Shown: piece after piece, positions 9,681-19,168 of the stretch
Position numbering within the stretch: position 1 is the first letter of the stretch
How the letters are laid out: each line of letters opens with the position of its first letter
Sequence record: LC765218.1
Origin: Pseudomonas phage BRkr
DNA: 64,000 bases
Direction: 5' to 3' (one strand)
Notes under the pieces: generated by a model
Told to the model about the DNA's origin: nothing
Databases searched by the model: none
What the model saw: only the letters and a program-made list of their open reading frames with translations
Position numbers and translations under genes: made by a program

Positions 9681-10631
9681 CTATAGCTCTAGTTCTAGAA
9701 TTGGCATGAATGCAGCCGCGCTATTTACCAGAGTACTGGAAACGTTTATAAGCGCTGCACCTCTGACCAATATAGACTGGGTTTCACCTACGAATGTACG
9801 CGTCATGAAGATACCCGAACCAGGTGCGCCGCCCGTCATTACAACGTTCGTTGAAGTCGAGTTAACGCGTGTTTTAAGGTTAGGCTTATTGATGTTCGAT
9901 GCATATGCAATTAGACGATCCCATGTGAGGCCAAGTAGATCATTAAACTGATCATAGACAGCCTGTCCAGCAGCTATACTTGCGAGTGATCGTTCACCAG
10001 CAAATGTAGGCAGGCCAACTCTGTAACTATGATTCTTAATAATGACAGTCTTACCTTGTTCGGTTGGCGTACCAACTACAGTCTTAACAGGAGCAGGAAG
10101 ATCATCCCAATGGTCTCCGGACGTTGACCAAGCACAACCCGCATTATAGACATCGGCCCAACGTAGGTTATAAGCCACGTAGCGAATTGGCAGCATGAAA
10201 ATGCGCCCATCTACAACGAACTTATGCCAAATGAAATCCGTTACAGGTGGAATTCTAATATCAGTCAAAAGACTGAGTCCACAAAGATCTGTTATTTCAC
10301 CAGGTAATACAAAATCTGGAACCTCACCAAAATAACCTAATTCATAGTCTCCAGAACGAAGGGTATTTGGTCCGAAACCAGTGTAAGGCATGTTAGCAAG
10401 TGCAACCACTTTGGAATAGGTTACATCACCATTTTCAAAATTAGAACCGATGCAGTAATAGTAGACTTTATTTCTAATAGCTGTTGTATCATCGTATTCT
10501 TTGATGTTTCCTTGCACATTAACTAATACACTAGGTAATGTCGATTCATCGAATTTTGTTTCAGAACGAAAAATATCAAATGTGACTGCTTCGCGATCAT
10601 TGGTCAAACCCCATTGTACTTTAATACCCAT
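9681..10631 (-). CDS. paralog 2 of 4 (316 aa)
   Basis: FRSETKF...VYYYCIGS, FGPNTL...GYFGEVP, DVYNAG; C-terminus PILELEL. Confidence 0.55.
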   Translation of the reverse strand: MGIKVQWGLTNDREAVTFDIFRSETKFDESTLPSVLVNVQGNIKEYDDTTAIRNKVYYYCIGSNFENGDVTYSKVVALANMPYTGFGPNTLRSGDYELGYFGEVPDFVLPGEITDLCGLSLLTDIRIPPVTDFIWHKFVVDGRIFMLPIRYVAYNLRWADVYNAGCAWSTSGDHWDDLPAPVKTVVGTPTEQGKTVIIKNHSYRVGLPTFAGERSLASIAAGQAVYDQFNDLLGLTWDRLIAYASNINKPNLKTRVNSTSTNVVMTGGAPGSGIFMTRTFVGETQSILVRGAALINVSSTLVNSAAAFMPILELEL

Positions 10632-10633
10632 TA

Positions 10634-11620
10634 TTACACCTCAAAGTCAACGAAGTTACCAGGGATAAGTTCCAGTACAGGGAACCAAATGTTTGAACTT
10701 GAGGTTCTACTTGTATGTTGAGGTACAAAAGCCGAAGCTTTCGTTGCACTCGTATTTCGCGAAATATATGCAAAAGCTTGAGTGGTTGGAGTATCTCGTG
10801 TTAGAATAGCTTTATTATTAACACGTGTAGCCTCATTATCACCGGTTACGTTAACTCGTTCCAATGTTTTATTAGCATAGAACTGACTAGTTATACCAGC
10901 TAAAAATAACTCGACGGTACCATTGCTGAGAGATGGGTCAGAATTACCTAATGCAGTCGCCGCGGATGACGATAGATCACTAACAGAATTAGGATCATCG
11001 TGATCAACTAGAACGGAAGGTAAAGATACCTCAAACTCAGATAGAGCAAAGTTAATTCGCTTGCCCTGAGGAACAGGAGTAGTCACACCAGGGACAGTGG
11101 ATGGTACTGCATTCCTACTGTACACTAGACCCGCATTATAGAGGTCCATCCAGTACAGATCACCAGTAGCGATGGAATATTCAGGTACATAGAAAGTCCG
11201 TCCTTTCCATGCGAATTTATGCCAACGTTGACCAGCATTATTAGCGGCGTTCCAGGACAAACCACAACGAGCGATTAGTTCACTGTCCGAAATAAATTCA
11301 ACAGTGGGAAGAGAACCGTAGTAACCATAATTGATGTTACCTGCAACTAAGCGCTGTGGACCAGGTCCAGTGAAAGGCACCGCATGGAACTGGAATACAC
11401 GAGATTTAGCTACATCCCCATCTTTCGATGATTCAAACATGTAGTAGTAAATAAGTCCATATGTAAGCCCTTCGTCAGCATAACCGTCAACGTCACCATT
11501 GACTTCTGCTATTGGTGTACCAGGGTTGTTTCTATCAATCATTGTTGCCGATCGATAAATTTTAATACTTACGGACGCGTCGTTTGGGTTTACCCAACGT
11601 AGATTGATTGTAAATGCCAT
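10634..11620 (-). CDS. paralog 3 of 4 (328 aa)
   Basis: IYRSATM...YYYMFES, FTGPGPQRL...GYYGSLP, DLYNAG; C-terminus WFPVLELIPGN. Confidence 0.55.
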   Translation of the reverse strand: MAFTINLRWVNPNDASVSIKIYRSATMIDRNNPGTPIAEVNGDVDGYADEGLTYGLIYYYMFESSKDGDVAKSRVFQFHAVPFTGPGPQRLVAGNINYGYYGSLPTVEFISDSELIARCGLSWNAANNAGQRWHKFAWKGRTFYVPEYSIATGDLYWMDLYNAGLVYSRNAVPSTVPGVTTPVPQGKRINFALSEFEVSLPSVLVDHDDPNSVSDLSSSAATALGNSDPSLSNGTVELFLAGITSQFYANKTLERVNVTGDNEATRVNNKAILTRDTPTTQAFAYISRNTSATKASAFVPQHTSRTSSSNIWFPVLELIPGNFVDFEV

Positions 11621-11632
11621 GTTAAATCATCC

Positions 11633-12583
11633 TCATGTGAAACTAAAGCTATTAATTCTAACTTCAGCTGTTTTATCTATCTTTCGCGATATACTGTTCA
11701 AGTCGATAAGCGTTTCATCTTGTGGGGCATTGCTAATATAAGCAATACTTACAGGAGTTGGTAGTGAAGTAAGCTGAATAATAGGTTGAATTCCACCAGA
11801 GCTGATTTCTGTATTAGTTATAATACTAGCTTCGGCTAAATTACTGTAAGCATTAATAGTCGTTTCTATTGGTACTAGGTGATATTCATCTTTAGGAATC
11901 AGCTCTAATACCGGACGCCAAATACCATTATTCGTTGGGGCATTATTATTTACAGACGTGATACTTGTGTTGTAAAACTGATACATTGGGCGCTGGGCTG
12001 TATTTAATGCCTTTGTCCATGTACCGTTACCAAGACCGATAACACTTGTGGGTCTATTGTCCCAAGACCCATTAGTCACTCGTGTAAATACCTGACCAAG
12101 TTCACTTGTTGGGTCTTCATTATTAGTTGGAGTGAATGGGTTCTCAGTTAGATGACCCATACGGATTCTAAACTGCCAGCTCCCTTCATCGTCAGTAAAA
12201 TGATAGAACTTATCTTGAACGGTATTATATCCACTTGGAATATTTTGACCAATCGTGTTGTCTCCAAATACAAGGCCTTTATCGTAAAGAACCTTCCATG
12301 AGACGTTGGTCATGTAGATAGATAAAGGTGCAAAACAAACCTTACCCATCCAGAAATATTTAACCCATTGTTGATTAGCGAATGAACCTACAATAGAGTT
12401 GGTATAGTCGGCTATATCTGCTTGTTCGATAAACCGTTCACGAAAATAAATATCTTTCGAATCGACTAGACCGAAATACCCAAGTGTCTCATTACCCTTT
12501 ATTAGGAATTTACTTCCTGGTCCAGAAAATGGATACTCTATAGCTTGCTTCTTTTGACTCAATGATAACAGCACTTCAAACAT
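11633..12583 (-). CDS. paralog 4 of 4 (316 aa), N-terminally divergent
   Basis: FSGPGSKF...LGYFG and the C-terminal WRPVLELIPKD shared with paralog 3; first gene of the minus-strand block. Confidence 0.5.
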   Translation of the reverse strand: MFEVLLSLSQKKQAIEYPFSGPGSKFLIKGNETLGYFGLVDSKDIYFRERFIEQADIADYTNSIVGSFANQQWVKYFWMGKVCFAPLSIYMTNVSWKVLYDKGLVFGDNTIGQNIPSGYNTVQDKFYHFTDDEGSWQFRIRMGHLTENPFTPTNNEDPTSELGQVFTRVTNGSWDNRPTSVIGLGNGTWTKALNTAQRPMYQFYNTSITSVNNNAPTNNGIWRPVLELIPKDEYHLVPIETTINAYSNLAEASIITNTEISSGGIQPIIQLTSLPTPVSIAYISNAPQDETLIDLNSISRKIDKTAEVRINSFSFT

Positions 12584-12635
12584 ATTAGCACCTTTGCTGT
12601 TAAGGAAGAACTATATGATTGCCTAATAAAAATTA

Positions 12636-12655
12636 TCTTACATCTATATTACCTA
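12636..12655 (+). promoter_or_regulatory. class A promoter-like motif (CATCTATATTACC)
   Basis: Copy of the recurring CTATATTAC element 36 nt upstream of the first plus-strand gene, inside the divergent intergenic region. Confidence 0.45.
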
Positions 12656-12688
12656 AGAGAACATCTTTTCAAAGAAAGGAGAATATCG

Positions 12689-13471
12689 ATGAATATTGCT
12701 GAAAAAGTAAATGAGCTTATTAAGGAACTAGACAATAACAAATTTTATCTCATTCAGTTCAACCAACGAGTTGATGGAGAGTGCCAACATTTCTATCTTT
12801 GTGATGATATGGCAGGAGCGAGGCTCGACCGAGACCATCGGAAAGCAACTCTATTTAACCCGGTAAAAGATGATATTAGTCTCTTCATTAACCTTGGATA
12901 CTGTTTAGTAACGACTCGTACGCATCAGAGTCTTATTAAGTCAGCCAATATGGATCACCCGGCCTGGGTTGGTGATTGGGACGTAGAGCTAGCTCCCTGT
13001 ATGGTCGAATATGATAATTCGCTCCGTTTAGGTTTCACCGTTAGTAAAGAGGGAGATGTTCAAGCCGGTTATGTTTTCCCACCCGTTCATGTGACGGAAG
13101 AGAAACCTATAATCGTTCATGATAAGGAATCCATGGATTCCATCGTTGAAGAACAGCTTAATGCTCGGGTAACTCCAGATTTCTTTGATGGATTCGATAT
13201 TCTGTCTGTCCAAGATATCTTAACCTTGCTGCGTACTTTCAAATGGCAGAATGCTGATAAGGTTAAATGTGCTGGCCAACATGCAGTTCGACAAAAGAAA
13301 GATATGTTGATTTACGAATTCGGCATCAACGGAGTTATCCATATTGATATCTTGAATGAACTATACAGCGTTCTGAAAGAACAAGGTTGGACTGGTGCGT
13401 CTACTGCTGTATCAGGTATGGCCTCTGGTTCTTGGACCCGTCTCATGTTACATCGAAAGGTAGCTGTATGA
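12689..13471 (+). CDS. hypothetical protein (260 aa)
   Basis: AAGGAG RBS 8 nt upstream; first gene of the plus-strand block. Confidence 0.55.
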   Translation: MNIAEKVNELIKELDNNKFYLIQFNQRVDGECQHFYLCDDMAGARLDRDHRKATLFNPVKDDISLFINLGYCLVTTRTHQSLIKSANMDHPAWVGDWDVELAPCMVEYDNSLRLGFTVSKEGDVQAGYVFPPVHVTEEKPIIVHDKESMDSIVEEQLNARVTPDFFDGFDILSVQDILTLLRTFKWQNADKVKCAGQHAVRQKKDMLIYEFGINGVIHIDILNELYSVLKEQGWTGASTAVSGMASGSWTRLMLHRKVAV

Positions 13472-13884
13472 GGAGAGTAAAATTCTATTCACGGTTAGCT
13501 GCACAGGCATTGACTGACGAAAGCTACATTATTTCTATTCGCTGTCCCGAACAAGACGTAAAATTTGTACGCGAACACAAAGCTGTATTGGTTCTTGTTT
13601 TCGATGATATTGAAGATTATGTAGATAATCGTTATCAAATGTTTGACTACGTGCATGCTGATAAGATTCTTACATTCATCGATAAGATTCCAGATGGCGA
13701 AACGTTAATCGTTCACTGCGAGGCTGGCGTATCACGTAGTGCAGCTGTGGCTAAGTTTCTTCAGGGTATTGGCTGGGAAATCAAGAAAGATCGTTTTTGT
13801 AATGGTAAATTAGACATGGCTAATGGTCGAGTCTACGGTATGCTTCGTACTGTACATTATAGCCGTTCCAAAAATGAAGCTTAA
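13468..13884 (+). CDS. Cys-based protein phosphatase (dual-specificity/PTP-like), copy 1
   Basis: Canonical CX5R P-loop VHCEAGVSRSAAVA; start ATG overlaps the upstream stop (ATGA). Start moved from 13387 to 13468. Confidence 0.65.
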   Translation: MRRVKFYSRLAAQALTDESYIISIRCPEQDVKFVREHKAVLVLVFDDIEDYVDNRYQMFDYVHADKILTFIDKIPDGETLIVHCEAGVSRSAAVAKFLQGIGWEIKKDRFCNGKLDMANGRVYGMLRTVHYSRSKNEA

Positions 13885-13913
13885 CGATATGTCTATTCAA
13901 AAGAAGGTGTAAC

Positions 13914-14273
13914 ATGGCATTCCCAACATTTGATGAACTTGTCGATATCATCAAAGCTGATGATGTTGACTCCACAGCAGTCGTAGCTGCATTAGAAGCC
14001 GACATGGCAGATGCTGATAAAGTTAAAGCTGGTCATCGCCTGGTCAATGGAACTAGTACTTTTCAGTTCCACGTCCTTGGTCACATTACTGATTCCGACG
14101 TAATCACCAAACTTATTAAAGATCTGGGTGAAGCTGGTTTCATTATTAAAGACCTCAGTAGTATTACTGGTCGCATGCCACCTAATAGCCAGGACCGAAT
14201 CTTCAATGTTGAAGGTGAAGGTAATTCCTCTACAAAGTGGTCTCGTCTGGTAGTCGCTAAGAAACCTGACTAA
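13914..14273 (+). CDS. hypothetical acidic protein (119 aa)
   Basis: ORF followed by the terminator at 14279-14302. Confidence 0.5.
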   Translation: MAFPTFDELVDIIKADDVDSTAVVAALEADMADADKVKAGHRLVNGTSTFQFHVLGHITDSDVITKLIKDLGEAGFIIKDLSSITGRMPPNSQDRIFNVEGEGNSSTKWSRLVVAKKPD

Positions 14274-14278
14274 CATAC

Positions 14279-14302
14279 TGCTCCCTTCGGGGAGCTTTAT
14301 GC
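14279..14302 (+). terminator. terminator gctcccTTCGgggagc + TTTATG
   Basis: Perfect GC stem with TTCG loop. Confidence 0.6.
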
Positions 14303-14327
14303 CATCTCTCATTAAAAGGAAAATCAA

Positions 14328-15428
14328 ATGTCTTATCGTGGCCCTAAACTTAATCCTAACCAGCAATATTGGATTGAGCGTTATGTTGAACTAGCTCTGC
14401 GAGCTGGTCAAGCCGGTTCCCCTTGGAAAGTACACCACTATATTCTCAATGAAAAGGGTCTCAATACAGATAGCGAGAAGCTCCGCATCTATTATCCTTT
14501 TGGCGTTGATCGTGAAGAGTATATTAAAGAACGGATTGTCGAGATTAAGAAGAATGTCATTGAGACATTTAACCTTACTGCTTTTTCTATTAGTGGTGGT
14601 TGGGCGCTGCTTGATGCAGAAGGTATCCTCGGTTTCCTTATTGAGGGAATGGAAGGTTCAACTAGCCATGGCTTCACCATTTACTCCACTGAAGAATTTG
14701 CTCAGAAGTTCAAGGAACGTTTTGAGTCTGTATTCGATCAGACCAGACCTCCGAGCATCAAGCGCATTCGATTGAATCGTCAGAAGGATGAACTCTATGC
14801 ATGGAGTGAGGTAATTGCTACGCGTGAATACAATGATAAGCTGATGGCAATGTATCCGTTCCTGACTCGTTCCCCAGCTGAAACTTGGGAGGCATTCGCA
14901 GCATCCGATTCTAATATCCTCCTGTTGATTGGGCCGCCTGGCACGGGTAAGTCTACGTTCATTAACGAAATGGTTCGTGCACGTGGTTATGACGACCGTA
15001 ACGTATACTTGGCAGACCAAGACTCCGTACTGAGTCATGGTGATCTCACCAGCTTTATTCGTGGTGTCGAGGATAACTCGCTGATCATTACTGAAGACTC
15101 TGATAAGATGGTTGCCAAACGCGAGGATGGTAACAGTAATATGGCAGGGCTGTTGAATGCGACTGCTGGACTTGTGTCTACCAAAACCAAGATCATCATC
15201 TCTACTAATCTCCCAACTCTTCGTGATGTTGACGAGGCTCTAGTTCGTCCTGGACGTGCTTTCGATATCCTCACCTTTAAGACCCTTACGGCTGAACAAG
15301 CAAACGATGCTCGTATTGCTAACGGTCTTGAGCCTGTGGATTTCGTTGGTAATAACTTCACTCTGGCTGAAGCATTGAACACTGATGCAGCTAGTTCTCC
15401 CCGTAAAGCAAACCGTATTGGTTTCTAA
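14328..15428 (+). CDS. classic AAA-family ATPase with a unique ~190-aa N-terminal domain
   Basis: Walker A LLLIGPPGTGKST and Walker B LIITEDSD. Second region of homology STNLPTLRDVDEALVRPGRAFD matches the classic-AAA TNRPDxLDxALLRPGRFD. Confidence 0.7.
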   Translation: MSYRGPKLNPNQQYWIERYVELALRAGQAGSPWKVHHYILNEKGLNTDSEKLRIYYPFGVDREEYIKERIVEIKKNVIETFNLTAFSISGGWALLDAEGILGFLIEGMEGSTSHGFTIYSTEEFAQKFKERFESVFDQTRPPSIKRIRLNRQKDELYAWSEVIATREYNDKLMAMYPFLTRSPAETWEAFAASDSNILLLIGPPGTGKSTFINEMVRARGYDDRNVYLADQDSVLSHGDLTSFIRGVEDNSLIITEDSDKMVAKREDGNSNMAGLLNATAGLVSTKTKIIISTNLPTLRDVDEALVRPGRAFDILTFKTLTAEQANDARIANGLEPVDFVGNNFTLAEALNTDAASSPRKANRIGF

Positions 15429-15437
15429 GGAAAAAGA

Positions 15438-15902
15438 ATGGCACATTCAGAAGCGTTTGAAGACGCTTGGGATCAAGTGAAAGCAGCGGTAGGTGCTGTC
15501 CCTATCGAACATCGAATAAAGATCATTGAAGCAGCTGTACGCAAGCATAAAGAAACTCTCCGTGAGCGCTGCTGGATCGAAGATGATGAAGATGGTTTCA
15601 CTGGATGGCGTTGGGATAAATATAATAAGACCCGCTACATTGTCTGTGCAGCTAACCGTTACAAAGACTACATTGTAACGGGTTCTCGCCATTACTGTGT
15701 ATCCATGAATGCGCAGATCGATCTTATCGGTATGGACGCACTCAGAGCTTATGCAGCCGATGACTATGAGCAAGGCTTCATTGATCAATACGGTGTATTC
15801 TGGTCTCGGAGTGATGCCCTGGAACACGTGAAGAAAACTGGCCAATTGCGTTACCCTGAACATTGCACACGAGATGAGCTTTTCTCGGAAGGTTTGTACT
15901 AA
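15438..15902 (+). CDS. hypothetical protein (154 aa)
   Basis: ORF with GGAAAAAGAATG-type spacing; the overlapping antisense ORF was rejected. Confidence 0.5.
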   Translation: MAHSEAFEDAWDQVKAAVGAVPIEHRIKIIEAAVRKHKETLRERCWIEDDEDGFTGWRWDKYNKTRYIVCAANRYKDYIVTGSRHYCVSMNAQIDLIGMDALRAYAADDYEQGFIDQYGVFWSRSDALEHVKKTGQLRYPEHCTRDELFSEGLY

Positions 15903-16216
15903 TGCTCGTTGAAACTATCGACCTTATAGAAATCGTAAAGTCTTCTAATAAGAAAACCGTTGAATTGCGTGATGCAATCGTAGGAGTACTGCGTGATCTA
16001 CTCTATGAAACCTCTAGCCTTAGAACTCGACTTAGATGTCAGTCAAAGAGAGAGGCTCCTTGGGTTCGTAAATACATTGCTAAGCGTACTGCATACAGAC
16101 ATCGACCTTTCCATTTGTCTGTACAGAGGGAAAACGGAATTACAGTTAGAGGCAGTTCATACAAACGTCGCTATATTGAAGGAACACTTCCGTTCCGCAC
16201 TAGAAGGGGCTACTAA
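15902..16216 (+). CDS. hypothetical basic protein (104 aa); frame ambiguous with 15993..16274
   Basis: Chained by TAATG overlaps to both neighbours, which favours this frame. The alternative frame 15993..16274 also reads protein-like. Confidence 0.3.
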   Translation: MLVETIDLIEIVKSSNKKTVELRDAIVGVLRDLLYETSSLRTRLRCQSKREAPWVRKYIAKRTAYRHRPFHLSVQRENGITVRGSSYKRRYIEGTLPFRTRRGY

Positions 16217-16638
16217 TGTCGAAAAAGAAACAACGTCAACTCGTTACTGTCACCCTCAATGGCTTGGATATTGAGCTTAAAGATGTAGAGATCAAAAACA
16301 TTGGTCGTGGTAAAGGTGACATGTTTGTTCATCTGGAAGAACGTAATGAACGTTGGACGATCATTCACACAGATAGTCCGGTACAGAATGAAATGGGTGA
16401 TGAGCTAACCATTGAATTCAAACGTGGCGGGGATTTCCTTTTCCTGGAAGCTATTAATCCATCTGGACAGGGCTATGGTTTCGCTATTTCAAAAGCAGCT
16501 AAAATCGTTTCTGCTGGAGCGCCTAAGTTCTTGCATATTGATCAGCTGCCAGACGGATTCGAATACCGTATGAACTGGAGTGGGAATTTCTTTGATGAAT
16601 CTCGCTGCATTCAATCGATCGTAATTAAAAAGCAATGA
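16216..16638 (+). CDS. hypothetical protein (140 aa)
   Basis: TAATG coupling to the upstream gene. Confidence 0.5.
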   Translation: MSKKKQRQLVTVTLNGLDIELKDVEIKNIGRGKGDMFVHLEERNERWTIIHTDSPVQNEMGDELTIEFKRGGDFLFLEAINPSGQGYGFAISKAAKIVSAGAPKFLHIDQLPDGFEYRMNWSGNFFDESRCIQSIVIKKQ

Positions 16639-16709
16639 GGTCCTAACATGCCTATCTACAACCAAGTGTTTCCTGGCTTTATTAACATAGAGCCAAAGGA
16701 GGCACTCTC

Positions 16710-16871
16710 ATGTCGCGTAGCAATCATTCCAAACACCAGTCCGCCAAAGAGTTCTGGAGCCGTCGTCCAATGCGCTATTTCACTTCCTGTAAATGGGCTA
16801 AAGTGAAATGCCATCGGATCGAACGAGCACAAGCCCGTAATCTGGTTAGGAAAGAAGTGGACAAGCTGTAA
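16710..16871 (+). CDS. small basic protein (53 aa), below the ORF-track cutoff
   Basis: Strong RBS AAGGAGG 7 nt upstream of ATG; followed at once by the terminator at 16880-16903. Cys- and His-containing basic sequence. Confidence 0.4.
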   Translation: MSRSNHSKHQSAKEFWSRRPMRYFTSCKWAKVKCHRIERAQARNLVRKEVDKL

Positions 16872-16879
16872 CTAGAAAA

Positions 16880-16903
16880 GGGAGCTTCGGCTCCCCTTTT
16901 TAT
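16880..16903 (+). terminator. terminator gggagcTTCGgctccc + T-tract
   Basis: Perfect stem with TTTTTATTT. Confidence 0.65.
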
Positions 16904-16909
16904 TTCTTT

Positions 16910-17659
16910 TTGGAAATAGCGATGAACCCATTGATCTTATTCTCGGGTGGATTAGATTCCACTTACATGCTTCAGCAGTATCTTCAAAAAGGTTCGGTGG
17001 ATGTCATGTACATCAATGCTGGTCAAGACGAAGAAAAGATGAAGTTAGAACTCAGGCAACGACAAGTAATCCTTGAAAAGTTTTCTGAGTTCTACCCTTA
17101 CAAAGTACAAGCGCAATATGAACGTCTGAAAAGTACCCAGTTACAAGGTGATAATACCAAATGGTCACAAGTTGCACCGTGGTTATTTGGGGCGCTAGCT
17201 ATAGCTGATTCGGCTCGACATAGCAAGTTGATGATAGGGTATGTCAGTGATGATGGTGCCTACTTCGGATCACATCTACGGTACATCGAAGACGCTTGGT
17301 ATAATCTACAAAAGGTATCTTGCGTTAATGATCCTATTCCAATTGAGTTCCCTTTACTCGGCATGACGAAGGTCGATATTCTTCGTGATCTAGATAAGAG
17401 AGTACTGAACGACATTTGGATATGTGAGACACCTACTAATGAAAAACATTGTGGCAAATGTAAGCCGTGTGTAACCATGACTCGTGTTCTTAGCGATTAC
17501 AAAATTCGACATAAGGAAACTGTATTTGCTACAGCTCGCAGAGCACTGATTCCACATAAGTTTCCAGTGGATAGATACCCAGGTCCGATGGATAAAGATC
17601 ACAACCATTATGTCTTTAACATGGCTGGTCCAGATTACTACAAAATCCCGAGGCACTGA
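16910..17659 (+). CDS. QueC-family PP-loop ATPase (7-cyano-7-deazaguanine synthase-like)
   Basis: PP-loop LILFSGGLDST and C-terminal Zn motif C-x8-C-x2-C-x2-C (ICETPTNEKHCGKCKPC) with QueC spacing. True start may be the second ATG at 16922. Confidence 0.65.
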   Translation: MEIAMNPLILFSGGLDSTYMLQQYLQKGSVDVMYINAGQDEEKMKLELRQRQVILEKFSEFYPYKVQAQYERLKSTQLQGDNTKWSQVAPWLFGALAIADSARHSKLMIGYVSDDGAYFGSHLRYIEDAWYNLQKVSCVNDPIPIEFPLLGMTKVDILRDLDKRVLNDIWICETPTNEKHCGKCKPCVTMTRVLSDYKIRHKETVFATARRALIPHKFPVDRYPGPMDKDHNHYVFNMAGPDYYKIPRH

Positions 17660-17660
17660 A

Positions 17661-18137
17661 ATGACAGACAAGAACAAAGACGAATCTATTATTGTACTTA
17701 GTGCGAATGCATTCGAAGAACTGATGGCGTATGCGAGGATAGGCTGTGAAGAAGCTGGTTGCCCTGAGAAAGCAAACTCTCTGCACAAGCATGCACGTAA
17801 GCGCAACACTTGGTTGCGTGATAAACACATGCAAGATACTCAAGAGGCTCGTCGTAACTATGCTAACCTGAAACAACAGGTCAAGCAGTTCGTTGGTGCT
17901 CATGGCGGCACTACTGTTTACATGCGTTATGACGAATTCGTCGTTATCCCGGTTAAGGTACTTGCTGTCTATCTTCCCAACCGAGTTAAGATCCGTGTCA
18001 AAGAACATGGTTTCAATGGCGGCGAGAAATTGGTTGATCTGAGCCAATTGACTATCACCAAACCGGCAGGCACATGGACACCGATGGAACTTGCCCAGCT
18101 TCAATGGGATTCATCGAAGAGTCGCTATCGTGGCTAG
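17661..18137 (+). CDS. hypothetical protein (158 aa)
   Basis: Start placed at the first ATG after the upstream stop; the longer ORF-track start at 17610 overlaps queC. Confidence 0.45.
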   Translation: MTDKNKDESIIVLSANAFEELMAYARIGCEEAGCPEKANSLHKHARKRNTWLRDKHMQDTQEARRNYANLKQQVKQFVGAHGGTTVYMRYDEFVVIPVKVLAVYLPNRVKIRVKEHGFNGGEKLVDLSQLTITKPAGTWTPMELAQLQWDSSKSRYRG

Positions 18138-18144
18138 GGGATAC

Positions 18145-18783
18145 ATGGCAATCGTAGGTTCTCGTAACGTACCCGAATGGATCCTTGAGGTAATGATCCG
18201 TCTTGGTCGTACACTCACGGACTACGGTTGGGCTATTAGTTCAGGCGACGCCTATGATTCTGATCGGGCTGGTTGGTATGGTGCAAAGCAGTCGCGTAAG
18301 TATGGTGAGGTAGGCGCTAGGATCTATCTCGCTAGTGGTACAGGTAGAAGCTTCTATCGTATTCGTGATAATGCTTTCTTTATGGATGCGTCTCAGTTCA
18401 CTGATACATGGGCTACAGCTGAAAGTATGGCTGCTTGTGCTCGTGGTAGTTTTGGTGGGTTGAACGATTACGGTAAAGCTCTCCATACTCGGAACGTCTT
18501 CCAGATCCATGGTCATACTCTCGATGAGTTGGTCACTGGTATTTTCTATTATGCCGTCCCTAAGGGGAAACGTGAGAATGAAGTGGTGAACGGTGGTACT
18601 AATACAGCAGTTCGCTTAAGTGTTAATGCTGGTGTTCCTATCCGTAAGAACCTGTACTACGATGATGACTTAAAATGGGTCATCAAGTTCCTAGATAAAT
18701 ACGAGCTTGATTATCCATACGAGCCGATTGACTGGACAGCTATCCATCATCCACAAGACCCGAGGATACTTGATTTTGAATAA
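18145..18783 (+). CDS. DprA/Smf-like Rossmann-fold (SLOG superfamily) protein
   Basis: MAIVGSRNVPEWILEVMIRLGRTLTDYGWAISSGDAYDSDRAGWYGA matches the DprA core (IVGSR, ivSGxAxGxDxxA). AGGGGA RBS upstream of the ATG at 18145. Confidence 0.5.
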   Translation: MAIVGSRNVPEWILEVMIRLGRTLTDYGWAISSGDAYDSDRAGWYGAKQSRKYGEVGARIYLASGTGRSFYRIRDNAFFMDASQFTDTWATAESMAACARGSFGGLNDYGKALHTRNVFQIHGHTLDELVTGIFYYAVPKGKRENEVVNGGTNTAVRLSVNAGVPIRKNLYYDDDLKWVIKFLDKYELDYPYEPIDWTAIHHPQDPRILDFE

Positions 18784-19168
18784 ACAAATAAAAGGCGTCA
18801 TATTCAAGAATTCCCCTATTGATCCGATTGAGTTCGGCAAACAACTCAAACGTAACACAGGGGAAACATACAAACTGGAAAAAATCAAAGGTACTCTGAA
18901 TTCAGCTAATGCGTCAGTTCAATGGCAACATGTTCATCAACGCCCATTGGATGAACAGATGATTTTGGCTAATATTGAATTGACTATAATTGAAGAAATC
19001 TTACTGGGTAACGATGTAGAGGGTATGTATGAACGTTTGTTGCAACAAGCTATTTCGCTCGATGGGTCGGAACCGAAGAGCACTGTTTGTGGATGCTTCT
19101 CTTGTAGAAACGTTATCTTCGGAAAAAGAGCTCCCACCTATCAATTGGAGAAAAGCCGTGACAATTAA
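18776..19168 (+). CDS. hypothetical protein; start uncertain (TTG at 18776 or ATG at 18959)
   Basis: ORF frame continues from 18707; there is no ATG until 18959. TTG with an upstream AGGA would keep the gene packing. Confidence 0.3.
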   Translation: MNKQIKGVIFKNSPIDPIEFGKQLKRNTGETYKLEKIKGTLNSANASVQWQHVHQRPLDEQMILANIELTIIEEILLGNDVEGMYERLLQQAISLDGSEPKSTVCGCFSCRNVIFGKRAPTYQLEKSRDN

